From: an uncultured Actinomycetota bacterium
Lineage (GTDB): Bacteria; Actinomycetota; Actinomycetes; CAWDCV01
NCBI GenBank assembly: GCA_963728125.1
Contig: CAVSIZ010000013.1
Coordinates: forward strand, 98,803-162,802
Length of the DNA stretch: 64,000 bases
Direction: 5' to 3'
In this document: piece by piece, positions 20,720 through 30,625 of the stretch
Layout of the letters: every line of letters begins with the position of its first letter
Numbering within the stretch: position 1 is the first letter of the stretch
Notes under the pieces: model-generated
Told to the model about the DNA's origin: nothing
Database searches by the model: none
Seen by the model: the letters and a program-made list of their open reading frames with translations, nothing else
Position numbers and translations under genes: made by a program

Positions 20720-21102
20720 CTCTCGGTCTGCGGTCCGCTCAACAGCGCCCACGTCTCGGTGAGGTGCGCTAGCTGCTCCGCGTCGGCCGTCTTCGCGAGT
20801 TCGGCGATCCGAGCGAGAAGCGCGGCCCGTGCCTGACTGGCAGCGCGCTGTTCGTCACTGTCATTACTGGCTACCGCTGCATCGGGAACACCGAAGCGGT
20901 TAGCCAGCGAGCGCAGGGTGGTCGACAGGGAATCGTCCTGTGTGCCCGTGAAGCCGCGTACCAGGCGCAGCACATCCTCGGGCCCGATGTCCGACCTGCC
21001 ACTCCGGCCGCCTCGAATTGGCCGTGGCTTCATCGGAGTCTCCGACGTGCCCGGCTTTACTTCCTCGACCGGATCGACTGCCTCGTCCCACGCATCGCTC
21101 AT
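20716..21102 (-). CDS. hypothetical protein
   Basis: 128-aa ORF convergent with tetR; no recognised domain. Confidence 0.35.
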   Translation of the reverse strand: MSDAWDEAVDPVEEVKPGTSETPMKPRPIRGGRSGRSDIGPEDVLRLVRGFTGTQDDSLSTTLRSLANRFGVPDAAVASNDSDEQRAASQARAALLARIAELAKTADAEQLAHLTETWALLSGPQTES

Positions 21103-21165
21103 GCAGCCATCCTGCCGCGGTGCAGAGGCATTGAGGCCGGAGTCAGGGTAGGAATCAGGTGAAGA

Positions 21166-22014
21166 TCAGGGTGTGTACTTCGTCCGCCCTGCCGGTCTCG
21201 ACGGCCGACGTCGGGTCGGCTCGGGTGCAGGTCCCGGCTGGCAGCGCGGGCACCAGTAGCTCAGCCGCTGTCGGGGCGGCTCGCCCTGCTCGGCCATCAG
21301 GATGGTGGCTCCGCATCGCCGGCACGGCTTCCCGGCCCGTTCGAACACGTAGTGCCATTGGCCGCGTCGGGTGTCACCGGTGGTGACTTGCAGGTAGGTG
21401 TGCTTGTTCGCCTCGAGCAGTCGCTTCGTGAGATCGACCAATGCGGCCATGTCCTCGACGCCGCCGACTCGCGTCCACGGCGAGATCCCGCGCAGGAAGC
21501 ACACTTCGGTCTTGTATACGTTGCCGGCGCCAGCCATGTTGCGCTGGTCGAGGATCGCCTCGCCGATCTCGCGGTCCGGATCAGCTGCCAGCCGTCGCAA
21601 CGCCTCTGCGGCATCCCAATCCGGCCCGAGAAGGTCCGGTCCCAGATGCCCGACGACGCTGTCTTCCTCATCGGTGGCCAGTAACTCGATGACCGGCAGC
21701 CGATACCCCACCGCCTGCCACTGTGCATTGGCGAGCACGGCCCGTACCTGCCAATCTGGCCCGCCGCGCCACCGCTCCCCGTCTCGATACAGATGCCAGG
21801 AGCCATCCATCTTGAAATGCGTGTGCAGCGTGAGCGCACCCTCGATACGAGTAAGCAGGTGCTTCCCCCGAGACGTCACGTTCTCGACGCTTCGGCCGGT
21901 GAGGTCGGTCGTGGCAAGCTGCGGCACCCGAAAATCGGTCGCCGTTAGGACTCGGCCCGCCAGGGCGTCGTCCATCCGCCGCCCCGCCAGCCACACCGTG
22001 TCTCCCTCGGGCAC
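21166..22014 (-). CDS. nei: Fpg/Nei family DNA glycosylase (endonuclease VIII-like)
   Basis: GTG start giving (M)PEGDTV with the catalytic Pro2; H2TH domain; C-terminal zinc finger CRRCGATI...CPRCQ. Confidence 0.8.
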   Translation of the reverse strand: MPEGDTVWLAGRRMDDALAGRVLTATDFRVPQLATTDLTGRSVENVTSRGKHLLTRIEGALTLHTHFKMDGSWHLYRDGERWRGGPDWQVRAVLANAQWQAVGYRLPVIELLATDEEDSVVGHLGPDLLGPDWDAAEALRRLAADPDREIGEAILDQRNMAGAGNVYKTEVCFLRGISPWTRVGGVEDMAALVDLTKRLLEANKHTYLQVTTGDTRRGQWHYVFERAGKPCRRCGATILMAEQGEPPRQRLSYWCPRCQPGPAPEPTRRRPSRPAGRTKYTP

Positions 22015-22119
22015 GCCGCCATTGTGCGTTGCCTGAGGTCGGCGACGACCCAACGAGGCGGCGCGGGATAGCTTCGCTGAAGAAAGTGAGAGACCGCCCG
22101 GCTGGCGAAAGGAAGCGTC

Positions 22120-23439
22120 GTGTCGGACATGGGAACCCCGGCTGCAGCAGGCATCGGGGTCGCGGGCCGGCGGTCGACGCGCGTGCACCGCGCCTGGCTG
22201 GTCGCGGCGGTCACGTTCCTCGTGCTCCTCGCGTCGGCCGCCTTCCGGTCGAGCCTGGGTGTCCTGCTCGTGCCGATCGAGGAAGACCTCGGCTGGACGC
22301 GCACGCAGACCTCGTTCGCCGTCTCGCTGAACTTGATTGTCTACGGTCTGGCCGCGCCGTTCGCCGCGGCGCTGCTCGAGCGCGTCGGTGTGCGCCGCAC
22401 GGCCGTCGGGGCGCTCCTACTCGTCGCCGCTGGCTGCCTGGCGACCACCGTCATGACCGCGCCCTGGCAGCTCTCGGCGCTGTGGGGTGTCGTCATCGGC
22501 ATCGCCACCGGCTCGATCGCCCTGGTGTTCGGCGCGATCGTCGCCAACCGGTGGTTCGTCGCGAGGCGAGGCCTGGTCATCGGCATCCTCGGCGCGGCGT
22601 GGGCAACCGGGCAGCTGGTGTTCCTGCCGCTGCTCGCCGCGGTCGTTGACGCGTTCGGCTGGCGGGCGGCGTCGCTCACGGTCGCGCTGGTGTGCGCCGC
22701 GCTGCTGCCGGTTGTGGCTCTGGTCTTGCGTGACCGTCCCGAGGATGTCGGCCTGCTGCCCTACGGCGGGGCGGCGGAGGAGGCAACCGCTGCCGACGCG
22801 CCGCCCAGCGCCAGGGCCGCCGTCGCCCACGCCGTCGTGGTGCTGCGAGAGACGTTCTGGACCCGGCCCTTCCTGCTGCTCGCCGGGACGTTCTTCGTCT
22901 GCGGGTGGACGACCAACGGGATCATCAGCAGCCACTTCGTGCCCGCGGCGCACGACCACGGCATGCATGCGACGACCGCCGCCGGACTCCTCGCCGTGGT
23001 CGGCGTCTTCGACATCGCCGGAACGATCGGATCCGGTTGGCTCACCGACCGGGTCGACCCACGTCTGCTGCTGGCGGTCTACTACGGCCTGCGGGGGCTC
23101 GCCCTGCTGGCGGTGCCGGCGCTACTCGGGCCGAGCGTTGAGCCGCCGCTGCTCGTGGTCGTCGCGCTGTTCGGGCTCGACTGGGTCGCCACCGTCCCGC
23201 CGACGGTCGCGCTGTGCCGGACGGCCTTCGGGCCGGAACGCGGCGGGATCGTCTTCGGCTGGGTCTTTGCGGCGCACATGATCGGAGCGGGCGTGGCCGC
23301 TGCGGCCAGCGGCGCGCTGCGGACGGCGTCGGGCGACTACAGCTCGGCGTGGCTGCTGGCCGGCGCGCTGGCAGTGACCGCCGCCGCAGCCAGCCTGGCT
23401 TTGCCTCGGTCCGGACAGGCCGCGGCCCAGCCGACCTGA
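22120..23439 (+). CDS. MFS transporter
   Basis: 439 aa with 12 transmembrane helices. Confidence 0.75.
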   Translation: MSDMGTPAAAGIGVAGRRSTRVHRAWLVAAVTFLVLLASAAFRSSLGVLLVPIEEDLGWTRTQTSFAVSLNLIVYGLAAPFAAALLERVGVRRTAVGALLLVAAGCLATTVMTAPWQLSALWGVVIGIATGSIALVFGAIVANRWFVARRGLVIGILGAAWATGQLVFLPLLAAVVDAFGWRAASLTVALVCAALLPVVALVLRDRPEDVGLLPYGGAAEEATAADAPPSARAAVAHAVVVLRETFWTRPFLLLAGTFFVCGWTTNGIISSHFVPAAHDHGMHATTAAGLLAVVGVFDIAGTIGSGWLTDRVDPRLLLAVYYGLRGLALLAVPALLGPSVEPPLLVVVALFGLDWVATVPPTVALCRTAFGPERGGIVFGWVFAAHMIGAGVAAAASGALRTASGDYSSAWLLAGALAVTAAAASLALPRSGQAAAQPT

Positions 23440-23456
23440 GCAGGGCGGGGAATGCG

Positions 23457-24074
23457 ATGCCGACCTACGACATCAAGAGGGAACGCAAGGACCTCTACGC
23501 GCCCAAGCCCGGCAACTTCGAGCTTGTCGAGGTGCCGGAGATGACGTTTCTCATGGTCGATGGGCACGGTGACCCCAATACCTCTTCGGCCTATCGCGAG
23601 GCGGTAGAGGCGCTCTACACCACCTCCTACGCCGTTCGCGCCGAGGCCAAGACGAGGCTGGGCAGGGTGCACACCGTGGCGCCGCTCGAAGGCCTGTGGT
23701 CAGCGCAGGACATGGAGGTCTTCCGCACCCGCGACAAGAGCGCCTGGGACTGGACGATGATGATTGCCCAACCCGACTGGATCACTGTCGAGGTGGTCGA
23801 TGTTGCACTGGCCGCCGCACAGAAGCAGCGGCTACCCGCACTCGGCCTCGTTCGGTTCGAGCGCTACGCCGAAGGTCGCAGCGTGCAGATCCTGCACCTC
23901 GGCCCGTACGACGACGAAGGCCCGACGCTCGCCCGCCTCCATGACGAGTTCCTCCCCGTCAACGGGCTCGTGCCGACCGGCCGCCATCACGAGATCTACC
24001 TCTCGGACGCGCGCAAGACCGAGCCCGCCAAGCTGAGAACCATCTTGCGCCAACCCGTCACCGACGGCCCTTGA
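23457..24074 (+). CDS. GyrI-like small-molecule-binding domain protein
   Basis: 205 aa; GyrI-like effector-binding fold pattern. Confidence 0.55.
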   Translation: MPTYDIKRERKDLYAPKPGNFELVEVPEMTFLMVDGHGDPNTSSAYREAVEALYTTSYAVRAEAKTRLGRVHTVAPLEGLWSAQDMEVFRTRDKSAWDWTMMIAQPDWITVEVVDVALAAAQKQRLPALGLVRFERYAEGRSVQILHLGPYDDEGPTLARLHDEFLPVNGLVPTGRHHEIYLSDARKTEPAKLRTILRQPVTDGP

Positions 24075-24374
24075 CTCAGAGTCGGTACAGGGGCGAAGGG
24101 GGCGTCCGGGTGCACGCCGGTCCGGCCCTCGACGAGACCCGCACGTCGGATGATGCCAACCCGTCGCTCCCGAGCCGCTCCATGACCGCCAGCGAGGCAT
24201 GGTTGCGCACCGCCCAGCTGAGCTGGAGCACCGTCTCGCCGTCGAGATCGAAGCGGGTGAAGCCGCCACGACCGACAAGAGACCTGTCCGATCGGTCGCG
24301 GGCCATCCACTCGCCGACCCCGTCGGCTGTCTATCGCGCTAACGTATTCCTATATAGATATATAATTGGGCGTA

Positions 24375-24727
24375 TGGCGAGAGCACCGACCACTGCGGAC
24401 GTGTTCAACGCTGTGGCGGAGCCGAGGCGGCGGGAGATTCTCGACCTCCTCGCCCGTGGTGAGCGACCGGTCAATGACCTGGTGGCGCAGCTGCGTCTGG
24501 GTCAGCCGCAGGTCTCCAAGCACCTTCGGGTGCTGCGTGAGGTGGGAGCGGTTGCCGTTCGGGACGAGGGTCGGCACCGGCTGTACCGACTCAACGGCGA
24601 GGCGCTCAAGCCCATCTACGACTGGGTGCAGAGCTATCAGGATCTGTGGACCGAGCGTTTCAGGAGCCTGGATGTCGTCGTCGAGGAACTCAAGCGAGAA
24701 GAGCAGGAGGACGACGGTGGTGAATAG
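24375..24727 (+). CDS. ArsR/SmtB family transcriptional regulator
   Basis: HTH VNDLVAQLRLGQPQVSKHLRVLREVGAV; an AT-rich near-palindrome tatatagatatata lies upstream. Confidence 0.8.
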
Positions 24728-25187
24728 CGGAGCGGTCGAGGTGACTCTCCCGACCGATGAGCACATCCGCATCATCAGAGAGTTCGACGCCCCCAGGGAG
24801 CTGATCTACCGGGCGTGGACGACGCCCGGGCTGGTGAGTCGCTGGTGGAGTGGGCTGCGCGGGACAGTAACGAGCGCGGAGATCGACCTGCGGGTCGGTG
24901 GCGGCTGGCGGTATGTGATGGTTTCGCCCGATGGCACCGAGGTCGCGTTCAGCGGCAGGTTCCGGGAGATCGCCCCGAGCGAGCGGCTGGTCTACACCGA
25001 GGTCCTCGAATCCCGGCCGGACGCGGAGGCGCTGACGACTGTCACGTTCACCGAGGTCGAAGGTCGTACGACGCTCGAGATTCTTATCCAGTACGGCAAT
25101 CGCCGGGACCGCGACGCCCACAGCGCGTACATGAGCGACGGCCTGCAGGAGGCACTGTCCATGCTGGAGGAGGTCGCGTCGTCGTGA
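24717..25187 (+). CDS. SRPBCC / AHSA1-like (activator of Hsp90 ATPase homologue) protein
   Basis: IRIIREFDAPRELIYRAWTTPGLVSRWW; GTG start with an AGGAGG RBS; paired with ArsR. Confidence 0.7.
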   Translation: MVNSGAVEVTLPTDEHIRIIREFDAPRELIYRAWTTPGLVSRWWSGLRGTVTSAEIDLRVGGGWRYVMVSPDGTEVAFSGRFREIAPSERLVYTEVLESRPDAEALTTVTFTEVEGRTTLEILIQYGNRRDRDAHSAYMSDGLQEALSMLEEVASS

Positions 25188-25720
25188 CGGTGATCTACTC
25201 GATGAGCGTGTCCCTCGATGGGTTCATCGCCGGACCCGATGGCGACATCGATTGGGCCGCCCCCGACGAGGAACTGATGGCCTTTCACAACGAGCAAAGC
25301 CGCGAGCTGGACGCGCACCTGTCCGGCCGCAGGCTCTACGAGGACATGCTGCCCTGGGAGACCCGGACCGATGAGTTCGCCCGTATCTGGCAGGCGATCC
25401 CGAAGATCGTGTTCTCGACGACCCTCGACAACGTCCAGGGCAATGCCAGGCTTGCCACCGGCAGCGTGACCGATGAGCTGGCACGACTCGGTAAGACATC
25501 GGTGGCCATGGTGTCCGTCGGTGGGGCCGGATTAGCGGCGACCCTCGTGCAGCAGGACCTGATCGACGAGTACCGGCAATTCGTCAATCCGGTCGTGCTG
25601 GGAGGGGGAACGCCATTCTTCCCCGAACGCCCGGAACCCCTGAAGCTCACGCTGGTCGAAACCAAGACATTCGGCTCTCGAGTCGTCTACCTCCGTCACC
25701 GCCGGAGCACCGACGAATGA
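25184..25720 (+). CDS. dihydrofolate reductase family protein (RibD C-terminal domain)
   Basis: IYSMSVSLDGFIAGPDGDIDWAAPDEE; the GTG start overlaps the upstream stop (GTGA). Confidence 0.7.
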   Translation: MTVIYSMSVSLDGFIAGPDGDIDWAAPDEELMAFHNEQSRELDAHLSGRRLYEDMLPWETRTDEFARIWQAIPKIVFSTTLDNVQGNARLATGSVTDELARLGKTSVAMVSVGGAGLAATLVQQDLIDEYRQFVNPVVLGGGTPFFPERPEPLKLTLVETKTFGSRVVYLRHRRSTDE

Positions 25721-25743
25721 CGGTTGGCCGAGCCATGTGACCG

Positions 25744-26535
25744 TCAGTTGTCGTGCGACAGAGAGCGATCGAGCCAGTCGACGAGCAACGAGCCAAAGAG
25801 TTCGGGCCGTTCGTGCATGAGCGCATGACCCGCGTCCTCGATCACGGCAAGGGTGGAGTGCGGGTAGGGCTCGAGCAGGTCGCTGGCATCGATGTACCCG
25901 GCAGCGCTGTCGCGCCGTCCCGCCACGATCAATGTCGGTCTCGGGAAGGTGTCCGACCCCACGTCGATCTTCCAATCGGCGAAGATGCGTCCCAGCGCGG
26001 CTTCGTCGACGAGCGTCGTGCCTGGCACAACATGCTCTCGGTAGCGGCGAGCGGTGGCCCGTGTGCGCACGACGAAGTACTCATCGAACCCTGCACGCTG
26101 CTCAGGCTCGAGTTCGTCGTACGCGTCGACCTCCGTTCGAACCACGCTGCGTGCGGGCACATCTCGTGAGCGGTCACCGACCGGGCACACCAACGCCAGG
26201 CCAAGCACGCTGTCCGGTCGCCGTGCGGCCACTCCCCGGGCCACATATGCGCCGTAGGAGTGCCCGAGCAGCAGCACCGGCCCGTCGACCAGATGATCGA
26301 TGAAGTGGTCGAGGAGGGTGACCACATCGTCGTTGCAGGTCACGCCGTCGGCCGTGGTGGCACCCATCCCGGGTAGATCCGGGTAAATCCGCCGGTAGCC
26401 CTCGCGGGGAGCGACAGCCTCGATCGCCGCCTCGATCTCGCGATGATCGACACCGGCGCCGTGAAGCGCAACAAGCGGCACACCGTTGCCGTGCTCGACG
26501 TAGTGGACCACTACCTCGTTGATCCGGCGCTCCAT
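25744..26535 (-). CDS. alpha/beta hydrolase
   Basis: HGAGVDHREI plus a GHSYGA nucleophile elbow; the ORF continues upstream but its probable start is MERRINEVVVHYVEHG. Confidence 0.65.
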   Translation of the reverse strand: MERRINEVVVHYVEHGNGVPLVALHGAGVDHREIEAAIEAVAPREGYRRIYPDLPGMGATTADGVTCNDDVVTLLDHFIDHLVDGPVLLLGHSYGAYVARGVAARRPDSVLGLALVCPVGDRSRDVPARSVVRTEVDAYDELEPEQRAGFDEYFVVRTRATARRYREHVVPGTTLVDEAALGRIFADWKIDVGSDTFPRPTLIVAGRRDSAAGYIDASDLLEPYPHSTLAVIEDAGHALMHERPELFGSLLVDWLDRSLSHDN

Positions 26536-26670
26536 ATCGACACCGTAATGATCGTTGAGACGACGCGGTTGAGCGCCAGCGGTGACACCAGCGCGATGCC
26601 GCGGGATGCTTTCTGCGGCTGCATGAACATCGCTCGTTCTGGACAGGGCCATGAGATCTGAGGGGGCAGC

Positions 26671-26904
26671 GTGGAACCAGCTCGGTACGAAGGACGCGAC
26701 GTCGAACCGGCCAAGAAGCTGTATCGCCGCCGAGGCGATCGAATGCTTGCTGGTGTGTGCGGCGGCCTGGCGGACTACTTCGGTGTCGACGTCACGCTGA
26801 TCCGGGTCATCTTCGTCGTCCTCGCCGTGATGGGCGGTGCCGGCCTCGTCATCTATCTGGCGATGTGGTTGCTCGTTCCGGAGGAGCCACGGACGGCGCC
26901 CTAG
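26671..26904 (+). CDS. PspC-domain protein
   Basis: MLAGVCGGLADYFGVDVTLIRVIFVVLAVMGG is the PspC signature. Confidence 0.7.
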   Translation: MEPARYEGRDVEPAKKLYRRRGDRMLAGVCGGLADYFGVDVTLIRVIFVVLAVMGGAGLVIYLAMWLLVPEEPRTAP

Positions 26905-26923
26905 CATCTGGTCGAGTGCCGCC

Positions 26924-27995
26924 ATGGGCAGAGGGGCACTCATCAAGGGAGGGGTGAAGGCGCGCAACCGCCGCATCCTTCAGGTGCTGCTATCGCTGCT
27001 GCTTGTCGCGGCGATCTTCTACCTGGTGTTGGCTCGCGTCGATCTGGCACAGGTGTGGGCGGACATCCAGGCGATGACGTGGATCGAGCTCGCCACGATC
27101 AGCGCGATCGCGTTGTGGAACTTCATGACGTATTGGGCGTTGTGGGTTGCTGCCCTGCCGGGTCTCAGCTTCGGGCGAGCGATGGTCGTGACTCAGTCAG
27201 GCACGATGGTCACCAATACCGTGCCTGGAGGTTCCGCGATTGGCGTCGGCTTGGCGTATGCCATGTTCGATTCTTGGGGATTTCCTCGATCGCGGAGCAC
27301 GATTGCGGTGCTTGTCACGGGCGGGATCAATACGGTCATCAAGCTTGCGCTTCCGGTGTTGGCATTGGCGTTGGTCGCCCTTCAGGGCGATGTGACGCCG
27401 CAACGGCTAGTGGCCGGGCTGGCGGGTTTCGGGCTATTGATCGCGCTCGTCACGGTCCTGGGCCTGGCGTTCAGAAATGAACGAGTGGCGTTCAGGCTGG
27501 GCGAGCTGTCGGCCAGCTGGGTGTCGAAGGTGAAGCCGCTGGCGCGGCGCCGGCACATTCACGATTGGGGAGCAGCCTTCGTGAATTTCCGCGCCCGCTC
27601 CCGCACACTTCTCGGCGACAGGTGGGCGATCATCATCGCGGTCGCACTGGTGAGTCATGTGTCGCTGTACCTCGTGCTTCTCGTCAGCCTTCGCCATGTG
27701 GGGGTGTCCGACGACGAGGTCGGGTGGGCACAAGTGCTGGCGGTATTCGCATTTGCCCGCCTGGTCACGGCGATCCGGTTCACACCCGGAGGTGCGGGGT
27801 CGTCGATGCTGTCCTGATCGCCGGATTGGTCACGGCAGGCGGTAACCGGGCGGCGGTTGCCGCGGCTGTGCTGATCTTTCGTTTCTCACGTGGCTGTTGC
27901 CCGTCCCTATCGGCGCGCTGGCCTATTTCGGTTGGCGTCGGCAGCAGGCTCGGCGCGCCGCTGCCGCGCAGGATCTCCCGCTCACAGTTCCGTAA
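26924..27995 (+). CDS. UPF0104 / lysylphosphatidylglycerol-synthase-TM-like (flippase-like) membrane protein; two apparent frameshifts near 27794-27803 and 27876-27890
   Basis: Multi-pass membrane protein ending ...FTPGGAG; the family-typical continuation VVDAVLIAGLVTAGGNRAAVAAAVLIFRF and then LTWLLPVPIGALAYFGWRRQQARR appear in the other two frames. Confidence 0.55.
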
Positions 27996-28013
27996 TTGCG
28001 CCGAACGCCTCGC

Positions 28014-28937
28014 TCAAGGATCGGGATCCCGACTCGGTAGGCACATCAGGAGAGCGGCGGGTGCGACCTCGACGGTGAGCCGGTCGAGGGCCGGGCCGAC
28101 GTCGCCATCATGTTCGACGGGATGAGGGATCGTGCCGCGAACATCCACCCGACGCGCACGAAAATTCTCGACTCGTACCTGCCCCCACCGGCCTCCGAAC
28201 ACGAGGCGGGACGCTACTTGAGCCCAGTCGCCCAGGGTCCGGGCGCGGATGACGGCGACGTCGAGTAAGCCGTCGTCGGCGCGCGCTCCGGGTACCACCT
28301 GAACGTCACCTTGGACCCGGCCGAGGTTGGCCACGAGTACGCAACTTGCCCGGCGTCGAAGGGAAGGCGCTCCGTCCAGGCTGATGGTGAACCAGTCCTG
28401 GGGGTACCGCAGCGCCCTTCCCGCGCTCAGTACGTAGGCGACCCATCCGTACCGCTGCTTGAGGGCGGGGCGTGCGCCGGCGAGCATGACCGCGTCGAAC
28501 CCGAGACCAGCCATGATCAGGAATCGGTGTCGGTCGTGCACCCCGACGTCGATCCGTTCCCTGGGGCCCGCCAGAGCAAGCGCGACTCCGTGCTCGAGGT
28601 CATGGGGGACGCCGAGGTTGCGCGCCACCAGGTTCCCCGTCCCCGCCGGTAGCACCGCCAACGGCAGATCCATGCCGGCAAGCGCCGTCGCACAGGCCAT
28701 GACCGTTCCGTCCCCGCCCGAGGCGACAACGACATCGGCACCGGACCGGACGGCGCGGTCAGCCGCCCCCACTCCCGCGTCCGCGGCGTCGGTCTCGAAC
28801 CAGCTGACCTGCGCTCCGGCGCGAGCAAACGCGGCCCGGATCGCAGCCTCGCGTTCGTGTGCCGGCCGACGACCGCTCATCGGATTGAAGACAACCGCTA
28901 CCCGAACGGACGGTGGATGGGAGCTAGGCATCGGCAA
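28014..28937 (-). CDS. diacylglycerol kinase catalytic-domain family lipid kinase (YegS-like)
   Basis: VVVASGGDGTV and LAVLPAGTGNLVARNLG motifs. Confidence 0.75.
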   Translation of the reverse strand: MPMPSSHPPSVRVAVVFNPMSGRRPAHEREAAIRAAFARAGAQVSWFETDAADAGVGAADRAVRSGADVVVASGGDGTVMACATALAGMDLPLAVLPAGTGNLVARNLGVPHDLEHGVALALAGPRERIDVGVHDRHRFLIMAGLGFDAVMLAGARPALKQRYGWVAYVLSAGRALRYPQDWFTISLDGAPSLRRRASCVLVANLGRVQGDVQVVPGARADDGLLDVAVIRARTLGDWAQVASRLVFGGRWGQVRVENFRARRVDVRGTIPHPVEHDGDVGPALDRLTVEVAPAALLMCLPSRDPDP

Positions 28938-30570
28938 TCACGACGAACGCGGATTGCTTGCCATGGCCGCCCCACTGCAAGTCGCCGACCGGCTCAAGGA
29001 CGATCCCGGATCCGGCCAGCAGGTCCTGGACAGTCGAGGTCGTCCACAGTGACCCGGCGGTGGCGACGTCAGCTAGTGCGAGGGCGCTGGACACACCCGG
29101 CCCTACCACCTCCGATGCGTCTCTCTCGACCTCCGCAACGTGCAGGCCCAACGCGCTGTCCGCGTGCTGTCCCAACGCGCGGATACCGGCGCGTACCGCT
29201 GTCGCAGGGCCATCGAACAGCACCACTGACCGATGATCAGGCCCTGTCCGGACCCGACCACCAGCACGGCCAAGCGCAGTCACCAAGCGGTCTGCCCCGA
29301 TGCCTGATGGCGCCAGAATCGCCGCCAGGGCAAGTGCGGGCGGGGGAGGCTCCGGCCGCGCAGACACGAAGGCCTCCACGGAATCGAGGATCTGGTCCGG
29401 ACTTCCCGACACGAAGTGGTCTTCGCCGTCCAGCTCGACCAACACCGCATCCGGTATGTGAGCGGCGAGGTACCGGCCCTCATCCACGCGGACTACCCGG
29501 TCCCCCACGCGATGTAGCACGAGGGTCGGGACACGTATCGCGGGTAGCGCTTTCCGTACGTCGACAAGGGCGTTCATGTCCATCAACGCTCGCAACGTCG
29601 ATGGTGTCGTCGCCGCTCGCGACCGCCGACCCCACCACGCGGTCATGGCGTCGTCGGCCGATGGGCAGCGAAGACGCATGTCGGCCTCCCAGTCCCACGT
29701 GGTGACCAGGTGCTCGGTGTAGTCCACACGGTCCTCGGGTGTCTGCGCCCACGGGTGGTCGGGCGCCCAGGTCCGTTTCGCGTAGGCGCCGTACAAGATC
29801 AGGCTCGATACCCGCTCAGGATGGGTGGCCGCACACAGCACCGACATCGGGCCGCCCTCGGAGTAACCAAACAGCACAGCACGCGTGGATCCGACGGCGT
29901 CCATCACCGCCAGGACGTCGTGCATGCGGGTCTCGAGATCGGGGACCCCGGCCGGACGGTCGGACATTCCCGTGCCTCGCTTGTCGAAGCGGATGAGTCG
30001 GCCGAATGTGGCCAACCGGGACAGGAACCGCGCGTGCCGCGGATCTCCCCAATCCTGCTCGAGGTGAGAGATGAAGCCGGGGATGAGCACGATGTCGACG
30101 TCCCCGTCGCCAGTGACTTGGTACGCGATGTTCAGCCCATCGCTGATGGTGTACTGCACGGGAGGCACGGCTGCGTCGGCAACCGTGGGCGGACTCGCTG
30201 CTTCCCCTGCGAAACCATGCTCGGCGACATCGGCGACGAATCGATACCCGCGACCGTGCAGGGTGCGGATCATTCGCTGTGACTGGCCGTCGTCTCCGAG
30301 GGCGCGGCGAGCCTGCTTGATGCGGCTGGTCACCGCGCTCTCGCTGACGAAGCGCCCGTTCCACACCTCGTCCATCAACTCTTCCTTTGGTACGACGCGG
30401 TCGCGATGACGTACCAGATAGACGAGAACATCGAACGCCTGCGGCTCCATCGGCACCGGCAACGATCCGCGGCGCAGTTCGTAGGCGGCGAGGTCGAGCT
30501 CCAATCCCTCGAACGCGAACACCACGCGAGCAGCCTGCTGCCAGAGCACGACCCGCCACAAGTCCTCCAC
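28924..30570 (-). CDS. transcriptional regulator: OmpR/PhoB-type winged-helix DNA-binding domain fused to an alpha/beta-hydrolase domain
   Basis: N-terminal trans_reg_C (VLVYLVRHRDRVVPKEELMDEVW...SRIKQARRAL); a central alpha/beta-hydrolase (GYSEGG); a C-terminal domain of unknown function. Confidence 0.65.
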   Translation of the reverse strand: MEDLWRVVLWQQAARVVFAFEGLELDLAAYELRRGSLPVPMEPQAFDVLVYLVRHRDRVVPKEELMDEVWNGRFVSESAVTSRIKQARRALGDDGQSQRMIRTLHGRGYRFVADVAEHGFAGEAASPPTVADAAVPPVQYTISDGLNIAYQVTGDGDVDIVLIPGFISHLEQDWGDPRHARFLSRLATFGRLIRFDKRGTGMSDRPAGVPDLETRMHDVLAVMDAVGSTRAVLFGYSEGGPMSVLCAATHPERVSSLILYGAYAKRTWAPDHPWAQTPEDRVDYTEHLVTTWDWEADMRLRCPSADDAMTAWWGRRSRAATTPSTLRALMDMNALVDVRKALPAIRVPTLVLHRVGDRVVRVDEGRYLAAHIPDAVLVELDGEDHFVSGSPDQILDSVEAFVSARPEPPPPALALAAILAPSGIGADRLVTALGRAGGRVRTGPDHRSVVLFDGPATAVRAGIRALGQHADSALGLHVAEVERDASEVVGPGVSSALALADVATAGSLWTTSTVQDLLAGSGIVLEPVGDLQWGGHGKQSAFVVIADA

Positions 30571-30625
30571 CGGGTCTCCACGCCACGGCCAAGGTTCGCG
30601 GCGACTTCGGCGGCATCGTCAAAGC

